Source of the DNA: Thermodesulfobacteriota bacterium
GTDB lineage: Bacteria; Desulfobacterota_D; UBA1144; Nemesobacterales; Nemesobacteraceae
Direction of reading: 5' to 3'
DNA length: 64,000 nt
Assembly (NCBI GenBank): GCA_965243595.1
Contig: OZ251569.1
Coordinates: 1,994,381-2,058,380 of the forward strand
Shown here: positions 8,193 to 18,142 of the stretch, piece by piece
Numbering within the stretch: the stretch's first letter is position 1
How the letters are laid out: each line of letters opens with the position of its first letter
Notes under the pieces: generated by a model
Told to the model about the DNA's origin: nothing
What the model saw: only the letters and a program-made list of their open reading frames with translations
Databases searched by the model: none
Position numbers and translations under genes: made by a program

Positions 8193-8654
8193 TCAGGTCC
8201 CGAAAATCTCCCCGAGCGCCCCGGGAATCTCCGCCGCGGAGAGAACCACCCTGCCCCCGCTTTTCAATATGAAGTACTCGACCTGGAGATTCACCACGCT
8301 TCCCGGGTTGTCTCCCGTGAGGCGAAAGTCCCCCCTGTAGCCGAGAATCGTCTTTCCCAAGGCGAAGGCATAACCTATTTCTGAAGCCGTTCCGCTGTCG
8401 ACGTCCGTTCCGTCCAGAACGGCCACCACCCCGTCGCAGGAGGCTATGGCGTCGGCGTTCGCCCGTCCCTTGGCCATGTTGAACTCCTCCCAGACCCTCT
8501 TCGGGGAGCCGGCGGCGGGAACCTCGGGGGGAAGGCTCCAGGGGTCAAGCGTCCCGAGACCGCAGCGTCTCAGAAGCGGCAGCAGCTCGCCTTCGTAAAA
8601 ACCGCGGTACGATTCGGAAAACCCCAGGGGGCTCGCCACGTAGACTTTCTTCAT
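8193..8654 (-). CDS. nucleoside 2-deoxyribosyltransferase-like protein
   Basis: MKKVYVASPLGFSESYR...DGVVAVLDGTDVDSGTASEIGYAFALGKTILGYRGD has the Rossmann-like NDT/YtoQ-family pattern: N-terminal (V/I)Y(L/V)A(S/G)P and a conserved E/D in the DSGTASEIG region. Confidence 0.6.
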   Translation of the reverse strand: MKKVYVASPLGFSESYRGFYEGELLPLLRRCGLGTLDPWSLPPEVPAAGSPKRVWEEFNMAKGRANADAIASCDGVVAVLDGTDVDSGTASEIGYAFALGKTILGYRGDFRLTGDNPGSVVNLQVEYFILKSGGRVVLSAAEIPGALGEIFGT

Positions 8655-8692
8655 TTGATTGAGGGGGGCTTTTGGTGGTATAAATATCCAAT

Positions 8693-10165
8693 ATGCCCGA
8701 GACGCCGATAAAGTGCAACCCGTTCATCGACGGAAAGGAGACTCCTCCCGCAGACGGCGGGTACTCGGAGAGGGAAAACCCCGCTACGCAGGAGCCGCTG
8801 GCGCTCGTGGCCAGGGGGGGAGCGAAGGACATGGACGCGGCCGTCGCCGCCGCCGAGAGGGCGTTTCCCGCGTGGTCGGCCGCCCCGGCCTCGAAGCGGG
8901 CGGGACTTCTGCTCCGCATAGCGGAAAAACTCAGGGAAAAAGGCCCCGAGATCGCCCTTCTAAACACCAGGGAGACGGGAAAGCCGCTTCGCGAAAGCCT
9001 CGCGGTCGAAATAGGGGGCTCGGCCAGAACGCTCGAGTACTACTCGGGAGCCCATACGCGTCTGAACGGCGAGACCATCCGGGTGAACGAAAACCAGCTG
9101 TCCCTCACGCTGAGAGAACCCGTGGGGGTAGTCGGACAGATAATCCCGTGGAACTTCCCCCTTCTGCTCTCCTTCTGGAAGATAGCCCCGGCGCTCGCCG
9201 CCGGGTGCACCATAGTGCTCAAGCCCTCGGAACTCACCTCCTGCGCCACGGTCGAGGCGGCGAAGCTCTGCTCCGAGGCGGGACTTCCCGACGGGACGCT
9301 GAACGTCGTCCCGGGAAAGGGGGAGGAAGCGGGGGCGGCGCTCGCCGGACATCCCGGAGTCGCGAAGATCGCGTTTACGGGCTCGACCGGGGTGGGAAAG
9401 ACGGTCATGAGGACCGCCGCGGAGACCGTGAAGAGGGTGTCTCTCGAGCTCGGCGGAAAGGCCCCGTGCCTGGTGTTCGAGGACGCCGACACCGAAGCCG
9501 CCGTGGAGGCGTGCGTCCGCGGAGGCTTTTTCAACCAGGGCGAGAACTGCACCGCGGTGACCAGGCTTCTTCTCCACGAGAAGATATACGACGACTTTCT
9601 CTCCTCCTACCTCGAGAGAATCTCCGGGATAAGAATCGGGAACCCCGAGGACCCGGAGACCGAGTTCGGGGCGGTGATCTCCGGGGAGCACTACGAAAAG
9701 GTGCTGGGCATGGTCGAAAAGGGCGTTTCGGAGGGAGCCGGGGTGGCGGCCGGAGGCGAAAGACCCCCGGGACTCGACAGGGGATACTTCATAGCTCCGA
9801 CCGTGATCGAAAACGCGCGGCCCGGCTCGATTCTCCTGCGCGAGGAGATATTCGGACCGGTGGTCTGCGTCGTGCCCTTCCGCACCGAGGAGCAGGCCGT
9901 CTCGATGGCCAACGACACCGAGTACGGACTCGCGGGCGGGATATGGACGAGGGATATCGACCGCGCGCTTCGGGTCGCGGGAGCCGTCCGCGCGGGCTAC
10001 CTGTGGGTGAACACCTACGGGGGAATAATCCCCGAGACTCCCTACGGGGGCGTCAAGCGGAGCGGCGTGGGAAAGGAGCTGGGGGGAGAGGGAATCGACG
10101 CCTATCTGGAGACGAAGTGCGTGAACGTGTTCACTGGCCGCGGCGCCGGCGGGAGGTCCGGGTGA
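8693..10165 (+). CDS. NAD(P)+-dependent aldehyde dehydrogenase
   Basis: The 490-aa product carries ALDH hallmarks: IIPWNFPLLL, catalytic FFNQGENCTA (Cys), ELGGKAP, and glycine-rich NAD-binding FTGSTGVGK. Confidence 0.9.
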   Translation: MPETPIKCNPFIDGKETPPADGGYSERENPATQEPLALVARGGAKDMDAAVAAAERAFPAWSAAPASKRAGLLLRIAEKLREKGPEIALLNTRETGKPLRESLAVEIGGSARTLEYYSGAHTRLNGETIRVNENQLSLTLREPVGVVGQIIPWNFPLLLSFWKIAPALAAGCTIVLKPSELTSCATVEAAKLCSEAGLPDGTLNVVPGKGEEAGAALAGHPGVAKIAFTGSTGVGKTVMRTAAETVKRVSLELGGKAPCLVFEDADTEAAVEACVRGGFFNQGENCTAVTRLLLHEKIYDDFLSSYLERISGIRIGNPEDPETEFGAVISGEHYEKVLGMVEKGVSEGAGVAAGGERPPGLDRGYFIAPTVIENARPGSILLREEIFGPVVCVVPFRTEEQAVSMANDTEYGLAGGIWTRDIDRALRVAGAVRAGYLWVNTYGGIIPETPYGGVKRSGVGKELGGEGIDAYLETKCVNVFTGRGAGGRSG

Positions 10166-10187
10166 CGGAAGCGCGGACTTCGGATAC

Positions 10188-10265
10188 ATGATCCACGAAA
10201 GGAAGGACGGGGCGGCCTTCGTCACGGTAAACCGCCCCGGGGCGCGAAACGCCTTTCGCGACGTC
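10188..10265 (+). pseudogene. relic N-terminal fragment of an enoyl-CoA hydratase/isomerase (crotonase) gene
   Basis: The first about 25 codons (MIHERKDGAAFVTVNRPGARNAF) reproduce the canonical crotonase N-terminus (..v..itLNRPeklNAl). Similarity then ends and the 75-aa ORF terminates, with a 16-nt perfect palindrome gcgacgggcccgtcgc downstream. Confidence 0.5.
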
Positions 10266-10451
10266 GCGACGCGCGATACGGTCGAGGCGGCGAACGTCGC
10301 GAGGGGAGGAAGGGAACCGATGCCTTTTCGGAGAAAAGACCGCCCGGTTTCCGCTCCGGGGCGAAGCGACGGGCCCGTCGCCGCGTTCTTGAACTATCCG
10401 AATCTTTCCATATAATAGACGGTTTGATAATTTTACGGTTTCCTTGTTCGG

Positions 10452-11393
10452 ATGCAGGACGCGAAGATATTCAGCGGGACTTCGAATCCCCCTCTCGTCG
10501 AGGACGTGTGCTCATACCTCGGGGTCTCCCCGGGGACGATGGAGATAACGCGTTTCAGCGACGGGGAGATCTGCGTCGAGATAGGAGAGAGCGTGAGGGG
10601 GGCGAACGTGTTTCTGGTGCAGTCGACGTGTCCCCCGGTAAACGAGAACCTCATGGAGCTTCTCGTCATAACCGACGCGCTCAAGCGCGCTTCGGCGCGG
10701 GTGATAACGGCCGTGATACCCTACTACGGCTACGCGAGGCAGGACAGGAAGGTCCAGCCCCGGGCGCCCATAAGCGCGAAGCTCGCCGCCGACCTCATAG
10801 TCGTGGCCGGGGCGTCGAAGATAGTGACCATGGACCTCCACGCGGGACAGATACAGGGGTTTTTCGACGTTCCCGTTACCCATCTCTACGCCGTGCCCAC
10901 GATAAGCGACTACCTGCGCAGGAAATACGGCGAGGAGGAGACCGTCATAGTGTCGCCCGACGCGGGAGGGGTGGAGAGGGCCACGGAATTCGCCAACAGG
11001 ACGAACTCCGAGCTCGCCATCTCCTACAAGAGGCGTCCCGCCCCGAACGTGGCGGAGATAAGCAACATAATAGGAGAGGTGGAAGGCAGGCACACGGTGA
11101 TAGTCGACGACCTGGTGGACACCGCGGGAACGGCCACGGCCGCCGCGAAGGTGCTCGTGGAGAGGGGAGCCAGGAGCGTTTCGGTATGCTGCACCCACGG
11201 GGTGCTCTCGGGCCCCGCCATAGACAGGCTCGACGCGTCGGAGATCGACGAAGTGATAGTGACCGACACCATACCCCAGGCCGAAAACGCGAAGCGCACG
11301 GGCAAGATCACGGTGCTCAGCATCGCCGACCTGATCGGAGAAGCCATAAGAAGGACGGCGCGCGGGGAATCCATAAGCGCGCTTTTCAACTGA
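10452..11393 (+). CDS. prs: ribose-phosphate pyrophosphokinase
   Basis: MQDAKIFSGTSNPPLVEDVCSYLGVSPG...RFSDGEICVEI...VIPYYGYARQDRK...DLHAGQIQGFF...VIVDDLVDTAGT shows the PRPP synthetase signature motifs. Confidence 0.95.
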   Translation: MQDAKIFSGTSNPPLVEDVCSYLGVSPGTMEITRFSDGEICVEIGESVRGANVFLVQSTCPPVNENLMELLVITDALKRASARVITAVIPYYGYARQDRKVQPRAPISAKLAADLIVVAGASKIVTMDLHAGQIQGFFDVPVTHLYAVPTISDYLRRKYGEEETVIVSPDAGGVERATEFANRTNSELAISYKRRPAPNVAEISNIIGEVEGRHTVIVDDLVDTAGTATAAAKVLVERGARSVSVCCTHGVLSGPAIDRLDASEIDEVIVTDTIPQAENAKRTGKITVLSIADLIGEAIRRTARGESISALFN

Positions 11394-11412
11394 ACAACCG
11401 GGAGAGAAGAAG

Positions 11413-12042
11413 ATGGTACAGAGCCGACTGAGCGTAAGACCCAGGAAAAGAATAGGAAAAAGCGGGGCGAGGGAAGTGAGGAGAGAAGGAAACATACCCG
11501 CCATACTCTACGGAAGCGGCGTGGAGCCGACGGCCCTTGTGGTGGAGCCCGAGGCGATCAGGCGCGCCCTGTCCAACAGCGCCGGCAGAAACACCGTGCT
11601 CGAGCTCGAGATAGAGGGCGGGGAGAAGCGCTTCTCCATGCTCCGGGAAATCCAGAAGGATCCCCTCGGGGACAGGGTGATCCATCTCGATTTCCTGGCC
11701 ATAGACATGGAAAAGCCCGTGAGGGTCAGCGTTCCCGTGAACACGAACGGAAGGGCGGAAGGAGAGAGAAAGGGCGGGAGGCTCGAAAAGCTCATGAGGA
11801 CGATCGAGATCGAATGCCTGCCCTCGGACATCCCCGACTCGGTGGAAATAGACGTAAGCGGCCTCGACATAGGAGACTCGGTGGACGTGGCCGGCTTGGG
11901 CCTGGCGGAAGGAGCGGCTCCGCTTCGCGGCGGGGACGAGAAGGTCGTGCAGGTGATAGCCGAGAGGGCCGCGGCGGAGGAAGAAGAAGAGACGGAGCAG
12001 GAGGAAGCCGTGGAAGAAGCCGCGGAGGCGGCCGAGGAATAG
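11413..12042 (+). CDS. rplY: 50S ribosomal protein L25 / general stress protein Ctc
   Basis: RKRIGKSGAREVRREGNIPAILYG...VIHLDFLAI...E plus an acidic Glu/Ala-rich C-terminal tail typical of Ctc-type L25, in the conserved prs-ctc-pth arrangement. Confidence 0.9.
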   Translation: MVQSRLSVRPRKRIGKSGAREVRREGNIPAILYGSGVEPTALVVEPEAIRRALSNSAGRNTVLELEIEGGEKRFSMLREIQKDPLGDRVIHLDFLAIDMEKPVRVSVPVNTNGRAEGERKGGRLEKLMRTIEIECLPSDIPDSVEIDVSGLDIGDSVDVAGLGLAEGAAPLRGGDEKVVQVIAERAAAEEEEETEQEEAVEEAAEAAEE

Positions 12043-12055
12043 GGGCGCGGGGTCG

Positions 12056-12625
12056 ATGCGATACCTGGTCGCGGGGCTCGGGAATCCCGGCTCGGCGTAC
12101 GACGGCACGAGGCACAACGTGGGATTCGCGGCGGCGGACCGCGCGGCGGGGCGCCTCGGAGCGGAAATTTCGAGGAGCGGATTCAGGAGCCTGTACGGAG
12201 AGGCGTTTTTTTCCGGCGAAAAACTTCTGATAATGAAGCCCCAGACCTTCATGAACGCGAGCGGCGAGGCTCTAGGCGAGGCGGCGCGGTTCTACGGCAT
12301 ACCGCCGGAGCGCGCGGTGGTCGTGCACGACGAGCTCGACCTTCCCCTCGGAACCCTGAGGATAAGCGAGGGAGGAGGTTCGGCGGGACACAACGGGATA
12401 AGGTCGGTCGCGGCGGCACTGGGTTCGGCGGATTTCGTGAGGGTGAGAATCGGGGTGGGAAAGCCCCTTGGAAAGCGCGACGGGCGGCGCTGGGTGCTGT
12501 CCCGGTTTTCGGAAAAAGAGAGGGACGAGGCGGAAAAAGCGATAGAGAGGGCGGGCGAGGCGGCCCTCGCGGTCGTCGGAGACGGCGTCGCGGCGGCCAT
12601 GAACAGGTTTAACGGAACCGCCTGA
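12056..12625 (+). CDS. pth: peptidyl-tRNA hydrolase
   Basis: [24 protein letters not shown]...MNASGEA...[15 protein letters not shown]...GHNGIRS are canonical Pth motifs. Confidence 0.95.
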   Translation: MRYLVAGLGNPGSAYDGTRHNVGFAAADRAAGRLGAEISRSGFRSLYGEAFFSGEKLLIMKPQTFMNASGEALGEAARFYGIPPERAVVVHDELDLPLGTLRISEGGGSAGHNGIRSVAAALGSADFVRVRIGVGKPLGKRDGRRWVLSRFSEKERDEAEKAIERAGEAALAVVGDGVAAAMNRFNGTA

Positions 12626-12662
12626 GAGAAAAGACGGTTACTTACCAGGAGGAACTTCAAAG

Positions 12663-14720
12663 ATGGGTGAACTCATAGCGGGAAAGATAGGAATAGCGGT
12701 CGGCGCGGTCGTTCTTCTGTACGCGTACCTGGTGTACAGGGGAATGAGCGGCCTTCCCGGCGGAAACGACAGGATGAAGGAGATCGCCGCGGCGATTCAC
12801 GAGGGGGCGATGGTGTTTCTCAGAAGGGAATACCAGATAATAGGCGTGTTCGCGGCGGTCGTGTTCGCGCTGCTGTGGGCGTTTCTCGGAGCCGCCACGG
12901 CGGCGGCATACCTCGGCGGAGCGGCCTGTTCGCTCGTGGCGGGGTTCTGCGGCATGAAGGCCGCCACCAAGGCCAACGTGAGGACGGCTCAGGCGGCCGC
13001 TAGCCAGGGGCAGGGACCCGCGCTCGAAACGGCTTTCAAGGGCGGAAACGTCATGGGACTCGCCGTGGCGGGTTTGGGTCTTCTCGGCCTCTCCGTCGTG
13101 TTCTTCGCGGGCATCGGACTCCAGGAAAAGCCCGCCGACGGGGCGCTTCTCACCGACTTTCTCAAAAACTTCGGAGGTATGATAGGCGGGTTCGCCATGG
13201 GGGCCAGCACGGTAGCCCTTTTCGCCAGGATAGGCGGCGGCATATTCACCAAGGCGGCCGACGTGGGAGCCGACCTCGTCGGAAAGGTCGAGGCGGGAAT
13301 TCCCGAGGACGACCCGAGAAACCCGGCCACCATAGCCGACAACGTGGGAGACAACGTGGGAGACGTGGCGGGAATGGGAGCCGACCTCTTCGAGTCCTAC
13401 GTGGGAGCCGTGATCGCGACCATAGTGATCGCGACCAGCATGGCGTCGAACCAGATCGCCATGATGTCCATTCCCGTGATACTGGTCGTCATAGGAAGTC
13501 TCTCCTCGCTCGCGGGCTCGCGGGCCGTGGGGTGGCTCAGGGAGCGCGAGCCGAGCCAGGCCCTCGAAGGGTCCACCATATTCGCCGCGGGGGTCTACTG
13601 CGCGGCATCCCTCGCGGTGCTCTACTATCTGGCGGGCGCCGAGGGTCTCCCCCAGTGGGGCGAGCAGGGATACATGAGCATATGGCTGACATCCATAGCG
13701 GGACTCGCGGCGGGAATCCTCATCGGCAAGGTGACCGAGCATTTCACCTCGGGACCGCCCATACGCAAGATAGCCGACGCGTCGGAGACGGGCGTCGCGA
13801 CCAACATAATCGAGGGGATAGCGGTCGGCATGTACAGCACGGCCTACCCCGTTCTCATAATCGCCGCGGCCATAGTTCTCTCCCACTGGCTCACGGGACT
13901 TTACGGAATAGGAATAGCGGCGGTGAGCATGCTGGCCACGATAGGAATAACCATGTCGGTCGACGCCTACGGTCCGGTGGCCGACAACGCGGGCGGCATA
14001 GCCGAGATGTCCGAGCTCGGGGAGGACGTGAGAAAGATCACCGACAAGCTCGACTCCCTCGGAAACACCACCGCGGCCATCGGCAAGGGATTCGCCATCG
14101 GTTCGGCCGCCCTCTCGGCGCTGGCCCTCTTCGCGGCCTACACCAACGCCGTGGGACTCACGTCCATCGACATCACCCGCCCCGCGGTCGTGGCCGGAAT
14201 GCTCATAGGCGGAGCGATACCGTTTCTGATAGGGTCGCTCACCATGGGGTCGGTGGGACGCTCCGCGCAGAAGATGGTCGAGGAGGTGAGAAGGCAGTTC
14301 CGCGAGATAACGGGGCTTCTGGAAGGAACATCAAGGCCCGACTACTCAAGGTGCGTGAAGATAAGCACCGACGCTTCCCTCAAGGAAATGGTGCTGCCGG
14401 GCGTGACCGCGGTCGTGATACCGCTTCTCATAGGCTTCGCCCTCGGCAAGGAGGCACTCGGAGGATTTCTCGCCGGGGCGGTCGTCGCGGGAGTCATGCT
14501 CGCGCTCATGATGGCCAACTCCGGAGGGGCGTGGGACAACGCCAAGAAATTCATAGAGGAAGGAAACAAGGGAGGAAAGGGATCCGACGCCCACAAGGCG
14601 GCGGTCGTCGGAGACACGATAGGCGACCCGTTCAAGGACACGTCGGGACCGGCCATGAACATCCTGATAAAGCTCATGTCCATAGTGTCGCTCGTCGTGG
14701 CCCCTCTTCTCATCGGCTGA
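12663..14720 (+). CDS. hppA: membrane-bound proton/sodium-translocating pyrophosphatase
   Basis: 685 aa with many TM helices and conserved V-PPase motifs: [77 protein letters not shown]. Confidence 0.95.
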   Translation: MGELIAGKIGIAVGAVVLLYAYLVYRGMSGLPGGNDRMKEIAAAIHEGAMVFLRREYQIIGVFAAVVFALLWAFLGAATAAAYLGGAACSLVAGFCGMKAATKANVRTAQAAASQGQGPALETAFKGGNVMGLAVAGLGLLGLSVVFFAGIGLQEKPADGALLTDFLKNFGGMIGGFAMGASTVALFARIGGGIFTKAADVGADLVGKVEAGIPEDDPRNPATIADNVGDNVGDVAGMGADLFESYVGAVIATIVIATSMASNQIAMMSIPVILVVIGSLSSLAGSRAVGWLREREPSQALEGSTIFAAGVYCAASLAVLYYLAGAEGLPQWGEQGYMSIWLTSIAGLAAGILIGKVTEHFTSGPPIRKIADASETGVATNIIEGIAVGMYSTAYPVLIIAAAIVLSHWLTGLYGIGIAAVSMLATIGITMSVDAYGPVADNAGGIAEMSELGEDVRKITDKLDSLGNTTAAIGKGFAIGSAALSALALFAAYTNAVGLTSIDITRPAVVAGMLIGGAIPFLIGSLTMGSVGRSAQKMVEEVRRQFREITGLLEGTSRPDYSRCVKISTDASLKEMVLPGVTAVVIPLLIGFALGKEALGGFLAGAVVAGVMLALMMANSGGAWDNAKKFIEEGNKGGKGSDAHKAAVVGDTIGDPFKDTSGPAMNILIKLMSIVSLVVAPLLIG

Positions 14721-14726
14721 CGAGGC

Positions 14727-14772
14727 GCGGAGGAGGGACGCCGCGGGATTGCGTCCCTCCTCCGCGTATTTA
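14727..14772 (+). terminator. probable intrinsic terminator after hppA
   Basis: Perfect 15-bp inverted repeat gcggaggagggacgc (14727-14741) / gcgtccctcctccgc (14751-14765) with a 9-nt loop, 7 nt after the hppA stop and followed by a gtattta U-rich stretch. Confidence 0.55.
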
Positions 14773-14864
14773 CACAGTTCGGGAAAATCGGATATAATGC
14801 GTCTTTTGTCGCTCCGGCGCTTCGGGCTGCCGGGGCCGAAGACCGAGACAGGAGGCTTTCAGCC

Positions 14865-15281
14865 ATGGCCACCGGGCCCAGGAAGTACGAGACTCTTTAC
14901 CTTCTCAGACCCGACATATCCCCCGAGGACGTCTCCACCATCCTGACCAGGATCGAGCAGAGCGTCGAGAACAACAACGGGAAAGTCATAAGGTCGGAGA
15001 AGTGGGCGGAGAGGGACCTCGCCTATCCCATAAACAACTACACCAGGGGGCTGTACCACATAATGGTCTACTCGGCGGAGCCGGGAGCCGTGACGGACAT
15101 AGAGAAGTATTTCACCCTTTCGAAAAACAACGTCCTGCGGTTCATGACCGTGAACTACCTCGAGCCGCGGGAGAGCGGAAGCGGCGGGGCCGACGCGCCC
15201 AGGCCGCCGGAAAATTCGCCGCGGGACGACCAGAGCGGTTTTTCCGCTCCGGCCCCCTCCGACGGAGGTGCGAAGCAATGA
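14865..15281 (+). CDS. rpsF: 30S ribosomal protein S6
   Basis: [69 protein letters not shown], with SD CAGGAGGC upstream and an acidic/Pro-rich C-terminal tail. Confidence 0.9.
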   Translation: MATGPRKYETLYLLRPDISPEDVSTILTRIEQSVENNNGKVIRSEKWAERDLAYPINNYTRGLYHIMVYSAEPGAVTDIEKYFTLSKNNVLRFMTVNYLEPRESGSGGADAPRPPENSPRDDQSGFSAPAPSDGGAKQ

Positions 15282-15532
15282 GCGCTAGAAGAGCCGGGGG
15301 CGGCGGGAGGAGATTCTACTCGCGGCGCAGGAAACCCAGAAACCTCGCCAAGGAAGGCAAGAGCATAGACTACAAGGACACCGAGCTTCTCTCCCAGTTC
15401 ATAACCGAGAGAAAGAAGATACTGCCCAAGAGAAGCACGGGGCTCTGCAGAAAGGAGCAGAGAAAGGTGGCCATCGCGATAAAGAGGGCCCGCTTCATGG
15501 CCCTTCTGCCCTACACCGTGACTCACAAGTAG
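15278..15532 (+). CDS. rpsR: 30S ribosomal protein S18
   Basis: [79 protein letters not shown]. The ATG overlaps the rpsF stop (ATGA). Confidence 0.9.
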   Translation: MSARRAGGGGRRFYSRRRKPRNLAKEGKSIDYKDTELLSQFITERKKILPKRSTGLCRKEQRKVAIAIKRARFMALLPYTVTHK

Positions 15533-15555
15533 CGCGAGGCGCCGGAGGTGAAGAG

Positions 15556-16017
15556 ATGAAAGTGATCCTGATTTCCGACGTCGACAACGTGGGAAGCGTG
15601 GGAGACGTGAAGGAAGTTAAGACGGGGATGGCGAGGAATTTTCTCATTCCCCGCAAGCTGGCCGTCGAGGCGAGCGACGCGAACCTCAGGGCGTGGGAAA
15701 AGAGAATCGAGGCCGCGAGGCTTCGGAGAACGGAAATCCTCGAAAACGCGAGGGCCCTCGGCGAACGCCTCGGGGAAGTCGAGATCTCCATACGGGCCAG
15801 GTCGGGGGAAGGCGACCGGCTGTTCGGGTCCGTGACCTCGCAGAACATCTCCGACGCGCTGGCGGAGAAGGGATTCGAAATCGAGAGAAGGAACATAGGG
15901 CTCGAGGGCACGATAAAGGCTCTCGGAACCTACAAGGTGGCCGTGAAGCTTCACCCCGAAGTGACCGAGCGGATAACCGTGAACGTGGTGGAGGAGAGCG
16001 AACCCGGCGAGGGCTGA
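15556..16017 (+). CDS. rplI: 50S ribosomal protein L9
   Basis: MKVILISDVDNVGSVGDVKEVKTGMARNFLIPRKLAVEAS...KLFGSVTSQNISDALAEKGFEIER is canonical L9. Confidence 0.9.
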   Translation: MKVILISDVDNVGSVGDVKEVKTGMARNFLIPRKLAVEASDANLRAWEKRIEAARLRRTEILENARALGERLGEVEISIRARSGEGDRLFGSVTSQNISDALAEKGFEIERRNIGLEGTIKALGTYKVAVKLHPEVTERITVNVVEESEPGEG

Positions 16018-16053
16018 CCGGCCCCGCGCACATTTTCCGGAGGAAAACCCCGT

Positions 16054-16863
16054 ATGGCAGACAGCATGAAGACCCCGAAGTTCGCTCCCGTGGGAGAAAA
16101 GGAAGTCACGCGAGCGATAGTCGAAGGCTTTTCCGAAGAATTCGGCGAGTACATCACAAGCGACGTCGTGATCGTCGGGGCGGGTCCCAGCGGACTCGTC
16201 GCGGCCAAGGACATAGCCAGGAAGAAGTACAAGGTCCTCCTGGTCGAGAGAATGAACTATCTCGGCGGCGGGTTCTGGATCGGCGGATACCTGATGAACA
16301 AGGTCACCGTGCGCGCCCCGGGCCAGACGGTGCTCGACGAAATCGAGGTGCCCTACGAAGAGGTCTCCGAAGGACTTTTCGTCGCCGACGGCCCCTACGC
16401 GTGCTCGAAGCTCATCGCCACGGCGTGCGAGGCGGGGGCCAAGGTGAGAAACATGACGATGTTCGACGACCTGGTCTACAGGGAGAACGGAAGGGTCGCC
16501 GGAATCGTGATCAACTGGACCCCGATAGCCAACATGCCGAAGGAGATAACGTGCCTGGACCCCGTGGCCATAGAGTCGAAGCTCGTGATAGACGCCACGG
16601 GCCACGACGCCTACTGCGTCTCCAGGCTGTCCCAGCAGGGACTCTACAGGAAGCTTCCCGGCCACGGGTCCATGTGGGTGGAAAAGTCAGAAGAGGCGCT
16701 TGTCGAGTACACAGGAGAAGTGCACCCTGGACTGCTGGCCTGCGGAATGTCGGTCAACACCACCTTCGGACTTCCCAGGATGGGACCCACTTTCGGGGGA
16801 ATGCTGCTTTCCGGCAAAAAGGCGGCGGAAGTGGCCGTGAGCATACTGGACGAAACGGGATAG
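16054..16863 (+). CDS. thi4: thiazole synthase of the Thi4 family (archaeal-type thiamine thiazole biosynthesis enzyme)
   Basis: [22 protein letters not shown] (FAD/NAD dinucleotide fold), [20 protein letters not shown] and [12 protein letters not shown] follow the Thi4/THI1 pattern. Confidence 0.75.
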   Translation: MADSMKTPKFAPVGEKEVTRAIVEGFSEEFGEYITSDVVIVGAGPSGLVAAKDIARKKYKVLLVERMNYLGGGFWIGGYLMNKVTVRAPGQTVLDEIEVPYEEVSEGLFVADGPYACSKLIATACEAGAKVRNMTMFDDLVYRENGRVAGIVINWTPIANMPKEITCLDPVAIESKLVIDATGHDAYCVSRLSQQGLYRKLPGHGSMWVEKSEEALVEYTGEVHPGLLACGMSVNTTFGLPRMGPTFGGMLLSGKKAAEVAVSILDETG

Positions 16864-16888
16864 GGCCGGCCGGGCAAGCCCGCCTCGT

Positions 16889-17650
16889 TCACCGGGACCG
16901 CGCTATCGCGGCTATCTCTCCCGCGCACTCCGCGCACGGCTCTCCGCCGTACTGGACGTCGAGAACCTCCCGCTGCCAGTGGGAATTGAAAAGCGCGCAT
17001 CCGCCGTCGGCGCAGAATTCCTTTCCGGCGAGGTTGTGAAGAAGGGGCTGGAGCGCGTAGGAGCAGGCTATTCGGGTGATTCTCCCGTCGTCGCGGGAGA
17101 CGAACTTTCCGCGGTAAATTTCGTCAGCCTCCCCGGGGTCCCCGCCCGCCGCGGCCAGTTCGGCCCTCATGAAATAGTACTCCCTCGGTCTCGCGGGACC
17201 CTCGACTATCCCCGCGGCGGAAACGAAGGACGGAAATCCCGAGAGAACGGTCCTTGCGTGATACCTTCTCCGGCCGAAGGTGCCGAGGAGCCTGCCGGTG
17301 AGAACGACGTGAAACCCGCCTTCGCAAAGAGCGGCGGGAAACCTCCCGAGAAACAGCTTCGCGAATATCCTCTGCGCCCAGAAGCCGTCGTAGAGCTCGG
17401 GTTCGAACGCTCCTTCCGGGACGGGCTCCTGCGCGTCGCGAAGAATCTCCACCGGGGTTTCCACGTCCAGCACCCTGGCGCCCGAGAGAAGGGAATCGAG
17501 CCGCGCGGCGTTTTCCCGCCCCGCGGAAAGGAACCGCAGGAAATCCCCGCGGAACTCGGCGCGAAGTCCGAACCGCCGCAGAAAGTCCGCGACTTTTTCC
17601 GCCGCGAGGCTTGCCGGGAGATCGTCCGAATAGACGGATATGGACGGCAT
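16889..17650 (-). CDS. hypothetical protein (253 aa) with C-terminal Cys-rich motif
   Basis: No family recognised. The C-terminus has CADGGCALFNSHWQ...CAECAG, suggestive of a metal-binding site. Confidence 0.4.
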   Translation of the reverse strand: MPSISVYSDDLPASLAAEKVADFLRRFGLRAEFRGDFLRFLSAGRENAARLDSLLSGARVLDVETPVEILRDAQEPVPEGAFEPELYDGFWAQRIFAKLFLGRFPAALCEGGFHVVLTGRLLGTFGRRRYHARTVLSGFPSFVSAAGIVEGPARPREYYFMRAELAAAGGDPGEADEIYRGKFVSRDDGRITRIACSYALQPLLHNLAGKEFCADGGCALFNSHWQREVLDVQYGGEPCAECAGEIAAIARSR

Positions 17651-17662
17651 GGGCGGGGAACT

Positions 17663-18142
17663 TCAGAAGGAGACGGCCTCGGGAGAAACCTCGGCCACGA
17701 TCTCTATTTCCACCGGGGAGCCCAGCGGAAGTTCGAAGACGCCGACCGCGACCCTCGAGTGCTTTCCGTTTTCAAGGAACGTCCGGGAGAAAAACTCGGA
17801 AGCCCCGTCGACCACCCTGTGCTGCTCGCGGAAACCCGGGGCGCTCGCCACGTAGCCCGTCACCCTGAGAATTCTTCGGAGCCTGTCGAGACCTCCCAGG
17901 ACGTGGTTCATGGCCGAAAGACCGTTGAGGGCCGCGAGTTCCGCGGCCTCGCGTCCCTGCTCCACCGTCAGTTCCGCCCCGACCCTGCCCCTGTAGACAA
18001 GCTCGCCGTCGCGGACCGGCAGCTGGCCGGAAACGAAAACGGGCCTCCCCGAACCCGCCGCGATCGCCGGAACGTAGCCCCCCGCGGGGACCGCGGGCTC
18101 CGGAAGCTCTATTCCCAGCTCCCTGAGTCTCTGCTCTATCAT
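17663..18142 (-). CDS. ridA: RidA/YjgF family reactive-intermediate deaminase
   Basis: MIEQRLRELGIELPEPAVPAGGYVPAIAAGSGRPVFVSGQLP...VEQGREAAELAALNGLSAMNHVLGGL...SRVAVGVFELPLGSPVEIEIVAEV is the YjgF/chorismate-mutase-like fold consensus. The start ATG (18140-18142) abuts the htrA stop. The 366-aa track ORF is an upstream over-extension into htrA. Confidence 0.8.
   Translation of the reverse strand: MIEQRLRELGIELPEPAVPAGGYVPAIAAGSGRPVFVSGQLPVRDGELVYRGRVGAELTVEQGREAAELAALNGLSAMNHVLGGLDRLRRILRVTGYVASAPGFREQHRVVDGASEFFSRTFLENGKHSRVAVGVFELPLGSPVEIEIVAEVSPEAVSF

Noticed and set aside
8659-10225. 510-aa plus-strand and 421-aa minus-strand ORFs overlapping the aldehyde dehydrogenase
   Set aside because: They are alternative frames or antisense of a gene with unambiguous ALDH motifs, with RG-rich compositions.
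12657-14872. Several 120-420-aa ORFs inside or antisense to hppA
   Set aside because: hppA carries unmistakable V-PPase motifs. The overlapping ORFs are high-GC frame artefacts.
15693-17039. 448-aa plus-strand ORF crossing rplI, thi4 and the downstream gene
   Set aside because: It is an out-of-frame read of three real genes with an Arg-rich nonsense translation.
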